Source: an uncultured Bacteroidales bacterium
Lineage (GTDB): Bacteria; Bacteroidota; Bacteroidia; Bacteroidales; VadinHA17
NCBI GenBank assembly: GCA_963816345.1
Contig: CAWFKI010000005.1
Coordinates: 607,572 to 671,571 of the forward strand
Reading direction: 5' to 3'
Length of the DNA stretch: 64,000 nt
Below the pieces are notes generated by a model. The model was not told where the DNA came from, made no database searches, and was given only the letters and a program-made list of their open reading frames with translations. Numbering within the stretch: the stretch's first letter is position 1; the number at the start of each line of letters is the position of its first letter. The translations under genes were made by a program, and so were the position numbers. Positions 48,501-57,238 of the stretch are shown here, one piece after another.

Positions 48501-48580
48501 TAAAGAAATAATCCCCCCACAATAATGATAGCCAGAATGACAGAAACAGGATTCTTATGTGATATGAAAATATTCTTCAT
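45527..48580 (-). CDS. RND efflux transporter permease (AcrB/CzcA superfamily)
   Basis: 1017 aa with 12-TM topology and two large periplasmic loops. The conserved TM4 block is GLIIDDAVVVVE. Confidence 0.9.
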   Translation of the reverse strand: MKNIFISHKNPVSVILAIIIVGGLFLYGQMQVSLFPEITFPKLKVIADNGEQPVDKMMITVTRPLEDAIKQIPDLKILRSATSRGTCEISAFLNWGSDINVNQQMLESRVAQIRNSLPPDLLIQVEKMNPSILPVIGFTIESDTRSPIELNLIATYTVKPFLSQIEGVSSVGIIGGKTKEYWIELNKFKMSTLSITPEYIKDVLSQGHFITSNGFINDYRRLYLSITDAGLYSLSDIENVVLRNDDRRLIRIKDVASVSVQEKVEYTRINANGRQGLLVAILKQPGANLIKLSESVASKKSELEKLLPGDVRISYYYDQADFVKKAIKSVNDSLWLGLLLAIIVATMFLRSLKASLTILITIPVTLLLTIIVLYSAGYTLNIMTFGAIAAAIGLIIDDAVVVVEQIHRTHEEFPEQPSDQLVFQAIKYLFPSMVGSSISTIVIFIPFMLLGGVAGAYFNVLTNTMVITLVCSFFVTWLGLPVIYIWLSQIISFSTERKSARVKLTKTRNWVGFFLKRSYLSILFILVLLGSILFILPGMETGFLPEMDEGSIVLDYKAPAGTSLDETDRILTEVEKIIVKIPEVAKYSRRTGAQMGFFITEPNDGDYLIQLKDNRKRSTEEVIDDIRQKIRATQPALEIDFGQVIGDMLGDLMASVQPIEIKIFGSDRDKLNDLAKQVTGEVEKIEGVEDVFDGIIIAGPSIEVIPDQQKLAQYGLIPSSFQFQLQTMVEGNIIGSIPEKEQMTGIRMIYPKSSRSSLENLKSQFVFLPGGKLTPMENLASVRLKEGVAEINRDNLKSVSIVTARLNNRDLGSAMKEIQKVIDSRVFLPPGYNIEYGGAYADQQKSFSELLLILILASLLVFTLMLFLFRDFRAAFAILFIAVLGLSGSLIALFITNTPLNVGSYTGLIMIVGIIGENAIFTFQQFTTNRKKGTVDESIVFAISTRLRPKLMTALGAIIALMPLAAGIGTGAQMNQPLAVSVIGGFVIALPLLLIVFPTLLHLMYAKEERRQLLKDL

Positions 48581-48584
48581 AACA

Positions 48585-49517
48585 TCACTCCTTTGTTATC
48601 GAAATCCGGGCAGTATCAGAGAGCCCGTAATTACCCGTAAGGATAAAACGGTCTGAAGAACGAAATACAGGAGCAGTTATCTCCACCTCTTCACTGTTCT
48701 CAAATCCTTTGTTTACAGGAATTTTTATTGCAGTGGTATCATTGATAACCTTCATAACCCAGAATTCAGTCTGGGTTTCATTGCCCAGTACCGCGTCCCT
48801 CGGGAATACCTGTGCACTGTCATTTATAGATTTGATAAGGGTCATAGTGGATATCAGATTAGCGGGAATCCTTTCTGCCCCGGCCGGTTTTATCACATAT
48901 TTAACTGTCTGCGAGAGAATATCCATTTCCGGGAGTTTTCCCGTTATGGTTCCTTTAATCTTTCTTTTGTCGGGCAGCAGAATTGTACAATTTTTGTTTT
49001 TATCGATATACCTGTTCAGCTCGAACGGGACTTCAAGTATGAAAACCAGACTGCTCTGGTCTGATACGCTGGCCAGTTCATCGCCTTCAGCAACAAAATC
49101 CCCCTTCTGATACGAAACGCTGCTTACTACCCCGGGCCGGGATGCAAATATATTGATCAGCCCTTTAAAGGACAGGCTGCTGTCGGCACCTGTATTATTG
49201 ACAAGAGCCATTGCCTCCCTGGTCCTTATTGTAAAAAGAAGCTGGCCGGCTCTGACCAGATCACCCTGGCGGGCAAGACTATTTTCTATAGTGCCGGTAG
49301 TAGAAGCTCTGATAATGTTTTTGTTCAGATAGGAGCTGACTGCAGGCAGATCAACCGAGGAAAGAATGGGTTTTATATAATACCGGGTCAGAGTAACAGG
49401 TGTAATTGTCTCCTGATCTCCACCGGAAGAAACACTGGCATGATTACATGATAAGGATATCAGAATCATCATTGCAAGTAAAAACGGAAGGAAAATTATT
49501 CTGTATAAAGTAAACAT
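48585..49517 (-). CDS. RND efflux periplasmic adaptor (membrane fusion protein), lipoprotein
   Basis: It has a lipobox (LISLSC) and the biotinyl-lipoyl-like/beta-barrel pattern (GDLVRAGQLLFTI ... GDFVAEGDELASV). It is positioned between the OMP and RND genes. Confidence 0.8.
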   Translation of the reverse strand: MFTLYRIIFLPFLLAMMILISLSCNHASVSSGGDQETITPVTLTRYYIKPILSSVDLPAVSSYLNKNIIRASTTGTIENSLARQGDLVRAGQLLFTIRTREAMALVNNTGADSSLSFKGLINIFASRPGVVSSVSYQKGDFVAEGDELASVSDQSSLVFILEVPFELNRYIDKNKNCTILLPDKRKIKGTITGKLPEMDILSQTVKYVIKPAGAERIPANLISTMTLIKSINDSAQVFPRDAVLGNETQTEFWVMKVINDTTAIKIPVNKGFENSEEVEITAPVFRSSDRFILTGNYGLSDTARISITKE

Positions 49518-49528
49518 CGGATTGTTGA

Positions 49529-50779
49529 TTACTGGGTCAAAAGAAAATTCATTTCATTGATAACCTCTGATTTACGAATATTGGTAAGGTTCAGATTCCT
49601 GCTTATTGCCTTGAAATTTTTAATGGCATTTATATATTCTGTCATCATTATATTACCTGCTTCAAGTTGTTCCTTCAACGATCTTACAAGCTGATCAGAG
49701 ATTTTCAACTGGTCCTCCATCCTGGCAGATATTGCATTCAATGAAACCAGTTCATCGTTAAGTAGCCTGATCTGCTGATAGTACTGGTTTTTATAAGCAT
49801 TTTCATACCCCATTCTGCTGTTTTCATTAAAACCTAGCTTATGTTTTTGAATATCTTTCTGGTTTCCGTCAAAAACGGGGATGTTAAGACTTACCCCCGC
49901 ACTATATCCGAAGTGCTGATAGAAGTTCCAGGGAGTACTTGTCAGAAAGCCGGCATCGGCGAACCAGCTTATTTTTGGTTTATAGCTTATATCGACTGCC
50001 ATTTTTGCATTTTCGATCCTCATACTGTCAATCTGAAACTGAATATATGAAGGATTTTTAGAAATTTCAGGACTGCCTCTGAGAGTCAGCAGAGGCTCTT
50101 CAAGATCATACAATAACGAATCATCCATCCCGCATAGCTGGTTCAGCATCAGCAGATCTGTCCGGTACTGGCTTTTAAGCTGATCGACAAGGATTTCCTG
50201 CGATTGGGTTTCCACAATAAGCGCCAGATAATCTGTCTGCTTTGCAAGTCCGCTTTTTACAAACAGACTGACAATCTCATTTTCTTTCAGGAAAAGCCCG
50301 AGAAATGATTTGTTGAACTGAAGATCCTTAAAATCGGAGAAGGCATTCAGGTACCCGCCGGTTATGATCCTTACAAGTTCGGTTGTCGAGATTCTTGATG
50401 TGTTGCGTACATATTTCTTATTAAGTGCAACTGCCTCATACCTGTTTTTAAGTTCACTCCCGTTGAATATTCTCTGGGTAACGCCCATTACGGCAGTATA
50501 ATTACCGCCATCGGTTATTACTTCATCGTATCCGAAATTATTATAATGGGGTGCATACAACAGTTGTGATCTTGCCTCCAGTGCCGGTTTTTTTGCTGCT
50601 TTAATCAGAAGGCTGTCATCAGTTGCTGAGCTGAGCTGGTTCCTGTAATCTTTAAGCAGCGGGCTGTTCTTCAGCCCTTCATTGAGGTAGTAATCAAGAT
50701 TCCGTAACTGATTTTGAGCAGAGATAATAAGTGATGAGATCAGAAGATTAAAACAGACCAGCAATAATTTTCCTGCCAT
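49529..50779 (-). CDS. TolC-family outer-membrane efflux protein
   Basis: It has a signal peptide and a two-repeat OEP architecture with a coiled-coil-rich sequence. It is the first gene of the OMP-MFP-RND operon. Confidence 0.8.
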   Translation of the reverse strand: MAGKLLLVCFNLLISSLIISAQNQLRNLDYYLNEGLKNSPLLKDYRNQLSSATDDSLLIKAAKKPALEARSQLLYAPHYNNFGYDEVITDGGNYTAVMGVTQRIFNGSELKNRYEAVALNKKYVRNTSRISTTELVRIITGGYLNAFSDFKDLQFNKSFLGLFLKENEIVSLFVKSGLAKQTDYLALIVETQSQEILVDQLKSQYRTDLLMLNQLCGMDDSLLYDLEEPLLTLRGSPEISKNPSYIQFQIDSMRIENAKMAVDISYKPKISWFADAGFLTSTPWNFYQHFGYSAGVSLNIPVFDGNQKDIQKHKLGFNENSRMGYENAYKNQYYQQIRLLNDELVSLNAISARMEDQLKISDQLVRSLKEQLEAGNIMMTEYINAIKNFKAISRNLNLTNIRKSEVINEMNFLLTQ

Positions 50780-50887
50780 ACCGGGTAATAATCAGGGAGA
50801 AAAGAGGTGCAATTTAAAAAAAAACGCTGATTACTGAAAAATAACCAAAATGAAATTTTCTCTTCACTCAACTCCCTTAAGGCAAAC

Positions 50888-53356
50888 TTAAACTCCCTCC
50901 TTATTCAGGGAGATAGATTTTCCGGTTGAAAAATCGTGTCTGACCTTATGTCCTTTCAGCGGAACGATCCTTTCATGTATTGCATCAAGTATCCAGTCAG
51001 GCTGCGGAAAGAAATATTCTTCCATTTCGTATGCCGGGGTGATCCAGTTTCGCGAACCGACGACCGTTGGGGGCGCATCAAGATAATCAAATGAGAGTTC
51101 AGTAATCGTCTGGGCCAGCTCCTTCAGAAAGGAGCCTCTTGCTGAGGCATCGCTTGCAAGAACTATTCTTCCGGTTTTTTTAACGGATTGAATAACCGGT
51201 TCGTAGTTGAAGGGGACGAGGGATCTGGCATCTATCACCTCTGCACTCATATTATATTTTTCCTTCAGGATCTCTGCTGCTTTGATTGCCGGGTAGAGTG
51301 TTGCTCCGATTGTAAGGATTGTTATGTCATCTCCGGCCAGTTTGATGTCAGGCTCCCCGAGAGGGATCTCATAGTACCCTTCAGGTACACCTCCGGCATG
51401 GAACATCTCACCGATATCATAAATCCTCTGACTTTCAAAGAATATGACCGGATCAGTTCCCTGCAGGGCGGTGTTCATTAAACCTTTGGCATCATACGGT
51501 GTAGCAGGGAAAACAACTTTTAGTCCCGGAATATGGGCTGTAAGGGATGACCAGTCCTGGGAATGCTGTGCGCCATATTTGGAGCCTACAGAGACCCTGA
51601 GAACAACAGGCATCCTGATAATATTCCCGCTCATCGCCTGCCATTTAGGCAACTGGTTGAACACCTCATCGCCGGAGCGTCCCAGAAAATCGCAATACAT
51701 TATTTCCGCAATGACTCTGCCTCCGCACATGCCATAACCAATGGCCGTACCGACAATTGCACCTTCTGAGATTGGTGAATTAAAGAGACGGTTGTAAGGG
51801 AGTGCTTCGGTGAGCCCACGGTAGACGGCAAACGCACCACCCCAGTCGCGGTTTTCCTCACCCCAGGCAGCAAGGGTAGGATCTTTATAAAACCTGTCGA
51901 TAATGGCTTCGAAAATACCATCACGGAACTGGTAAAGTTTCGCTTTGGACACAGGTTTCCCATCCCTGTCTTTGTAAAACCTCTCTTTATTTGCAAGGGA
52001 CTTAACTCTTGGATTCTCCTCAAGGGGTAACAACACTTCAGGGATACCATCTTCCATCCTGTCGACAGACCCGTTGGAAAACATCATCTTTCCGATACGG
52101 TCAGGATCATTTGCAAGGTTGATCCTGGGAGATATCTCATCATCTACGGCAAGTTTCAGAATATGCATCAGCAGCTCCCTGGTACCGACTATGGTTTCAT
52201 CAAGCTGATCCTGTGTTGCAAGACCTGCCTGAAGCAGCGATTTGCCGAATGAGATTATTGAGTCTTCCCTTGCCCATGCGTCTATCTCCTCCTTTGACCT
52301 GTAGGAAGATGCATCAGAGGGAGAGTGACCACTTATCCTGTAGGTCAGGGTATCGAGCAATACAGGTCCTTTTTTTTCTGCAAGGAGCTTCTTCTTACGC
52401 CTGAAAGCATCTATTACTGCAAGAGGATTATATCCATCAACCCTTTCGGCGTGCATAGCCTCAGGATTTACTCCGGCTCCCACCCGTGCAAGAGTATCAA
52501 AGCCCATTGTCTCGCCCATGGTCTGACCTCCCATACCATAGAGGTTGTTCATAAAGTTGAATATCAATGGTAAACCACCTTTGTACTCCCCTTCCCACAA
52601 TGTTTTATACTGATCCATTGTAGCAAAGCAGATCCCTTCCCACACCGGACCGCAACCCATGGAAGCATCGCCTATGTTGCAAACCACTATCCCGGATTTC
52701 CTGTTGATCTTTTTATAAAGGGCTGCACCGACAGATATATCACCTGAACCCCCGACAATGGCGTTATTAGGGTAGATCCCAAATGGTGTGAAGAAAGCGT
52801 GCATCGAACCTCCCAGTCCCTTGTTAAAGCCGTTCTCACGGGCAAAGATTTCGGCCAGTGCACCATATAACAGAAAATTTCCGGCCAAACCTTTTATGTC
52901 ACCATGGAACCCCTTTTCCACAACCTTAAGGGCAGAACCTCCGAAATAATTCTTCATCACCCGGTAGAGGTTGTCTTCATCAAGATGGTGGATCGCCGAC
53001 AGCCCCTTGGCAAGAATTTCCCCGTGGCTGCGGTGTGAGCCAAATATATAATCATCTGTTCCCAGAGTGTAGGCCATCCCGACGGCAGAAGCTTCCTGGC
53101 CGATTGAAAGGTGGGCCGGACCCGGGTGATTATAGGGGATCCCGTTGTACTCATTTGTAGTCTTTATCAGGTTGAGCATATTCTCAAATTCTCGTATAAC
53201 TACCATGTCATGATAAATCCTGAGGAAGTCTTCCCTGGTGAAGTTATTCTTTTCTTCTTCAATAGTTTTATTATACTGGTTTACAGGAATCTTAGCGAAC
53301 TCAATAAACTTCGGCCTGCGTACAACAGCCGGATTTATGTTTTGACTCTTTGGCAT
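50888..53356 (-). CDS. Fused alpha/beta E1 component of a 2-oxoacid (branched-chain/pyruvate-type) dehydrogenase complex
   Basis: The N-terminal half has the TPP-binding alpha subunit ([12 protein letters not shown]..., GG..NN). The C-terminal half has the transketolase-like beta subunit ([33 protein letters not shown]). Confidence 0.85.
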   Translation of the reverse strand: MPKSQNINPAVVRRPKFIEFAKIPVNQYNKTIEEEKNNFTREDFLRIYHDMVVIREFENMLNLIKTTNEYNGIPYNHPGPAHLSIGQEASAVGMAYTLGTDDYIFGSHRSHGEILAKGLSAIHHLDEDNLYRVMKNYFGGSALKVVEKGFHGDIKGLAGNFLLYGALAEIFARENGFNKGLGGSMHAFFTPFGIYPNNAIVGGSGDISVGAALYKKINRKSGIVVCNIGDASMGCGPVWEGICFATMDQYKTLWEGEYKGGLPLIFNFMNNLYGMGGQTMGETMGFDTLARVGAGVNPEAMHAERVDGYNPLAVIDAFRRKKKLLAEKKGPVLLDTLTYRISGHSPSDASSYRSKEEIDAWAREDSIISFGKSLLQAGLATQDQLDETIVGTRELLMHILKLAVDDEISPRINLANDPDRIGKMMFSNGSVDRMEDGIPEVLLPLEENPRVKSLANKERFYKDRDGKPVSKAKLYQFRDGIFEAIIDRFYKDPTLAAWGEENRDWGGAFAVYRGLTEALPYNRLFNSPISEGAIVGTAIGYGMCGGRVIAEIMYCDFLGRSGDEVFNQLPKWQAMSGNIIRMPVVLRVSVGSKYGAQHSQDWSSLTAHIPGLKVVFPATPYDAKGLMNTALQGTDPVIFFESQRIYDIGEMFHAGGVPEGYYEIPLGEPDIKLAGDDITILTIGATLYPAIKAAEILKEKYNMSAEVIDARSLVPFNYEPVIQSVKKTGRIVLASDASARGSFLKELAQTITELSFDYLDAPPTVVGSRNWITPAYEMEEYFFPQPDWILDAIHERIVPLKGHKVRHDFSTGKSISLNKEGV

Positions 53357-53433
53357 ATATTTCTTGTTTAATCCTTTGTTTTATTCTTTTCGATTGTTGT
53401 GGTCTTTCACGGAGTCTCTTCGTTCCTCCCTGG

Positions 53434-54666
53434 TCATCCCTTCAGAGTGAAACTCTCGATCTGTTCTTTGATCTCCTTCAGAAACAATGTAGCCGGGCCT
53501 CCGTCGATTGCCCTGTGGTCGTAGGTAAGGGAGAGCCCCATGTACGGAACGAATCCGAAAATATTGTTCCCCATGTCTGCCGGGCGGTTTATAATTGTGC
53601 AAACTCCAAGGATGCCGACCTGGGGAAGATTTATGACAGGAGTGAACATCTCAACTCCATAGTTCCCCAGGTTGGAAACAGTGAAGGTGGCTGAGGTGCT
53701 CCGGATAAGTTCAGGGCTTATACTGCCTTTCCTGCTTGACTCCACGATGGTCTTAAGAGCTGCGGAAAGTTCTTCAGGGTTCATCTCATCTGCATTTTTT
53801 ACTACCGGCACCATCAGCCCCCGCGGGGTATCAACAGCAATGCCCAGGTGAACCTTTCTGAAGGTTCTGATGCGGTCATCAAGGAAATGGCTGTTGGCTT
53901 CAGGGAATTTTTCCAGCGCCCTGACCACGCACCAGCAGACCATGTCATTCAGAGTGATATCATGTTTTGATTTACCCGAGGAGAGCAGCTCTTTGACCTT
54001 TTGCCGGGCTTCAAGAAGCCGGCGGACATCAGCGCTCATATGATGGGTGAGCTGGGCTGAGTTCTGCAATGAAGAGTGCATGGCCCTGGCAATAAGGTTT
54101 CTGACATTACTTAGAGGCTGTTCAGAGTATTCATCTGCAACTGCGCCCGAAGGCTTGATTTTTATTGCATTACCCGACAGGGCATTTTCAATATCTGTTG
54201 AAATGATTCTTCCGTTAGGTCCTGATCCATATCCTGAAAGACTTATGTAATCGATACCTTTATCGCTGGCAAGTCTTTTTGCCCTGGGTGAAATTCTGAT
54301 CCTCTTGTCAGTCGCGGTAGTGCTCTGAACCTGCGGGGGCGTATCTTTAACCGGAGTTTCCGGAGATTCCTTTTCCACAGGAGCGGCCGCAGCAGAGTGC
54401 TGAGGATTAAATGAATCCGCAGCTTCACCTGCCCTGCCTATCACGGCAACATTTGTAAGGACAGGGACCTCGGCACCTTCTCCAAAAAAAAGGTCCAGCA
54501 GGATCCCATCTGCAGGTGACTCAAGATCAAAAGCTGCCTTGTCAGTCTCATACGAGAAAAGAATATCACCGGCAGAAACACTTTCACCTTTCGATTTAAA
54601 CCATTTCGTTATTATACATGTCTCAACAGACTGTCCCTGCTTCGGCATTATTACAGCTATTGCCAT
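53434..54666 (-). CDS. Dihydrolipoamide acyltransferase (E2) of a 2-oxoacid dehydrogenase complex
   Basis: It has a lipoyl domain (ETDKA), an E3/E1-binding domain (ISPRAKRLASDKGID) and the catalytic motif DHRAIDG. Confidence 0.9.
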   Translation of the reverse strand: MAIAVIMPKQGQSVETCIITKWFKSKGESVSAGDILFSYETDKAAFDLESPADGILLDLFFGEGAEVPVLTNVAVIGRAGEAADSFNPQHSAAAAPVEKESPETPVKDTPPQVQSTTATDKRIRISPRAKRLASDKGIDYISLSGYGSGPNGRIISTDIENALSGNAIKIKPSGAVADEYSEQPLSNVRNLIARAMHSSLQNSAQLTHHMSADVRRLLEARQKVKELLSSGKSKHDITLNDMVCWCVVRALEKFPEANSHFLDDRIRTFRKVHLGIAVDTPRGLMVPVVKNADEMNPEELSAALKTIVESSRKGSISPELIRSTSATFTVSNLGNYGVEMFTPVINLPQVGILGVCTIINRPADMGNNIFGFVPYMGLSLTYDHRAIDGGPATLFLKEIKEQIESFTLKG

Positions 54667-54815
54667 TTTTTCCTGAGTTTTTATGTTTAAAGCACGTTTT
54701 AATTGATCTCCTGCTTTTGCCGCTGAATTTCAACTTGTTATAATAAGTAAATAAAAATAAGATGTTATGATGCCGATATTGTTAATTATCAGCGTTTACA
54801 AAAATAATTTAATTA

Positions 54816-54831
54816 ACTTGTATTAACAAGT
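54816..54831. promoter_or_regulatory. 16-bp near-palindrome ACTTGTATTAACAAGT, candidate GntR-type operator in a divergent promoter region
   Basis: The outer 6 bp are perfectly inverted (ACTTGT/ACAAGT) with a GT...AC core. It lies between the E2 start (54666) and the GntR-family gene start (54920). I saw no second copy. Confidence 0.3.
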
Positions 54832-54919
54832 AAAAAATAATATATTTACATAAGCATTCTTTAATAAGTGATTTCAGCGGGTATAAATATAAATTATCTT
54901 TTTATTATAGAATAATATT

Positions 54920-55636
54920 ATGGTCGTCCTTAAAACCATTCCTCAGTACAGGAGGCTTTATGAGGTTCTCAGAAAGCACATCCTTGATTCGGTCTATAAG
55001 GAAGGTGACCTGCTGCCTTCTGAAAATGAACTGTGCCGCTTATATGGCATGACACGTCCGACAGTCAGGCAGGCTCTCGGTACACTTGCAAATGATGGCT
55101 ATATCACTAAACACCAGGGGAAAGGAAGTATTGTGCATCACCTTACCAGGGAGATCGGAATCCTCTCGGTATCGGGTACTACTTCAGCTGTTGGTGACCG
55201 GAATCTGCAGACTAAGATTATTATAAAACCTATCCTGATGCAGTGGCCTCAGGATTTTATGTTTTCCCTTTCCGGTCTGGAAAAGGAATCCGGTTGCATT
55301 TATATGGAGAGGTTAAGGCTGCTTGATGGTCTTCCTATATTCTATGACATAAGCTACATAGCAAATATTAATCTTCCCCGGATAACAGCACGGCAGTTTG
55401 AGAACAGATCTCTCTTTCAGATACTCAGGGATCATTACGGCGTTGAGATAAAGGGCGGAGAGCAAAGGATCAAGGCAATCCCCGCCTCCGGTAGAATAAG
55501 CAGGTTCCTCAACCTGAAAAAAGCTCAGCCTGTTCTTCATCTTGAACGAAAGATGGAGACCAGCAAGTCGGAGCTTTTTCTTTATTCCTCTATTTTCTGC
55601 AATACCGGGAAGTATTCAATTTTCGGCAGGTTTTGA
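54920..55636 (+). CDS. GntR-family transcriptional regulator, HutC subfamily (wHTH plus UTRA effector domain)
   Basis: The wHTH motif is LPSENELCRLYGMTRPTVRQALGTLANDGYITKHQGKGS. The C-terminal ~150 aa is UTRA-like. Confidence 0.85.
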   Translation: MVVLKTIPQYRRLYEVLRKHILDSVYKEGDLLPSENELCRLYGMTRPTVRQALGTLANDGYITKHQGKGSIVHHLTREIGILSVSGTTSAVGDRNLQTKIIIKPILMQWPQDFMFSLSGLEKESGCIYMERLRLLDGLPIFYDISYIANINLPRITARQFENRSLFQILRDHYGVEIKGGEQRIKAIPASGRISRFLNLKKAQPVLHLERKMETSKSELFLYSSIFCNTGKYSIFGRF

Positions 55637-55794
55637 GATTTTTCAGGGCTGTCTTAAGGTGAAGATGATCTCATTTATCCTGGGACAGGCTATTCATTTG
55701 TTAAAAAATATCGGGATTAAACAGAAAAAGTTTTATTTTTAGGATTCCTAAAAATAGTATTTAATGATTCTATAATCAATAAGAAAACTACGAC

Positions 55795-57111
55795 ATGAAA
55801 GATCAGAAAAGTAAATGGTCAAGGCGCCGTTTCATTGGTTCCTCCGTTGCGGGAATAGCCGGAGCAATGTTCATCCCGGGTGTTATCGGCTCCGGATTAT
55901 CCAAAGGTGGTGATATCCGGCTGGGATTTATAGGGATGGGACGTCAGTCAATGTTTCTGCTTGACGGCTTCATCAGGATTCCGGGAGTGAAAGTTGTTGC
56001 AGGAAGTGATGTCTACGGCATAAAAAGGAAGCGTTTTGAGAAACGGGTAAATGCCTTTTATGCTGAGGCAGGGAAAGAGTCAAAGGCTGAAACATATGAG
56101 AGGTTTGAGGATCTGCTTGCAAGGAAGGATATTGATGCAGTGGTGATAGCAGTACCCGACCATTCACATGCCAGGATCGCCATAGCAGCATGCCGGGCAG
56201 GCAAGGATGTCTATCTGGAGAAGCCGATGACATTTACAATAAGGGAGGGTCAGGAACTGAAAAAAGTAGTAAGGCAGACAGGAAGGATCCTGGGCATAGG
56301 AAGCCAGCAGCGTTCTGATCCAAACTTTCAGCATGCCGTAAAACTGGTGCAGACCGGAGTACTTGGAAAAATAAGCCTGGTAAATGCATATGTCGGGGCG
56401 CCTCCGACTCCCTATAACCTTCCGGCAGAACCTATCCCTGCCGATCTGAACTGGGATGTCTGGCTGGGTTCACTACCTGTTGCGATTCACTTTAATAATC
56501 AGCTTGATCCTCCCATATCGCTTGATCCTGAGGAGGATGAGAAGCTATGGGGAGCCTGGCGCTGGTATAAGGAGATGGGTGGTGGTTTCACAACCGACTG
56601 GGGTGCTCATATGTTCGACATTGCACAGTGGGGACTGGGAATGGACAGGAATGGTCCTGTCGAAATATCACCCATAGGCGACGGCACGGAATATATGAAG
56701 TTTAAATATGCAGGTGGAACTGTCATGACTTCTGAACCATTTAATGCGGAACTGACCAAGGGCGTTAAATTCCGGGGTGAGAAAGGATGGATTGAAGTTG
56801 CACGGGGATTTTTCAATGCTTCCGACAAGTCATTTTATCCTCCTGAAGCTGAAAAGACGGAGGGACCTTACGAAACCAAAATACCACACCAGATAAATTT
56901 TATAGAATCGGTGAAGTCGAGGAAAGACCCTGTTGTCCCTGTTGAGATAGGCCACAGCAGCTGTACTGTCTGCAACCTTGGAAACATAGCCTGTGAACTC
57001 AAAAGAACAATTAAATGGAATCCGCAAACCGAAAAGTTCGTTGACGATACCGACGGTGCCGCCACAAAACTGATGCATTACGAGTACAGAAAAGGCTGGA
57101 AACTGCTTTAA
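55795..57111 (+). CDS. Tat-exported Gfo/Idh/MocA-family oxidoreductase
   Basis: It has a twin-arginine leader (WSRRRFIGSSVAGIAGAMF), a Rossmann motif (RLGFIGMGRQS) and the EKP motif (YLEKPMT). Confidence 0.85.
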   Translation: MKDQKSKWSRRRFIGSSVAGIAGAMFIPGVIGSGLSKGGDIRLGFIGMGRQSMFLLDGFIRIPGVKVVAGSDVYGIKRKRFEKRVNAFYAEAGKESKAETYERFEDLLARKDIDAVVIAVPDHSHARIAIAACRAGKDVYLEKPMTFTIREGQELKKVVRQTGRILGIGSQQRSDPNFQHAVKLVQTGVLGKISLVNAYVGAPPTPYNLPAEPIPADLNWDVWLGSLPVAIHFNNQLDPPISLDPEEDEKLWGAWRWYKEMGGGFTTDWGAHMFDIAQWGLGMDRNGPVEISPIGDGTEYMKFKYAGGTVMTSEPFNAELTKGVKFRGEKGWIEVARGFFNASDKSFYPPEAEKTEGPYETKIPHQINFIESVKSRKDPVVPVEIGHSSCTVCNLGNIACELKRTIKWNPQTEKFVDDTDGAATKLMHYEYRKGWKLL

Positions 57112-57238
57112 GGCACATAATATTCACCGGTAAATTTCAGCTTCACCCGGTAAAGTCAATGTGTCGCTCAGGCATTCATAAAGAATAGGGGCGGAGTCGT
57201 GTACTTCGCCAGGGGGTAATTTATTTTAAGATCCGAAG

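Noticed and set aside
53350-53694. 114-aa plus-strand ORF spanning the E1-E2 intergenic region, and a 73-aa minus-strand ORF at 53381..53602.
   Set aside because: Both overlap the 3' part of the well-supported E2 gene in other frames or strands and have no motifs. The 77-nt E1-E2 spacer is ordinary.
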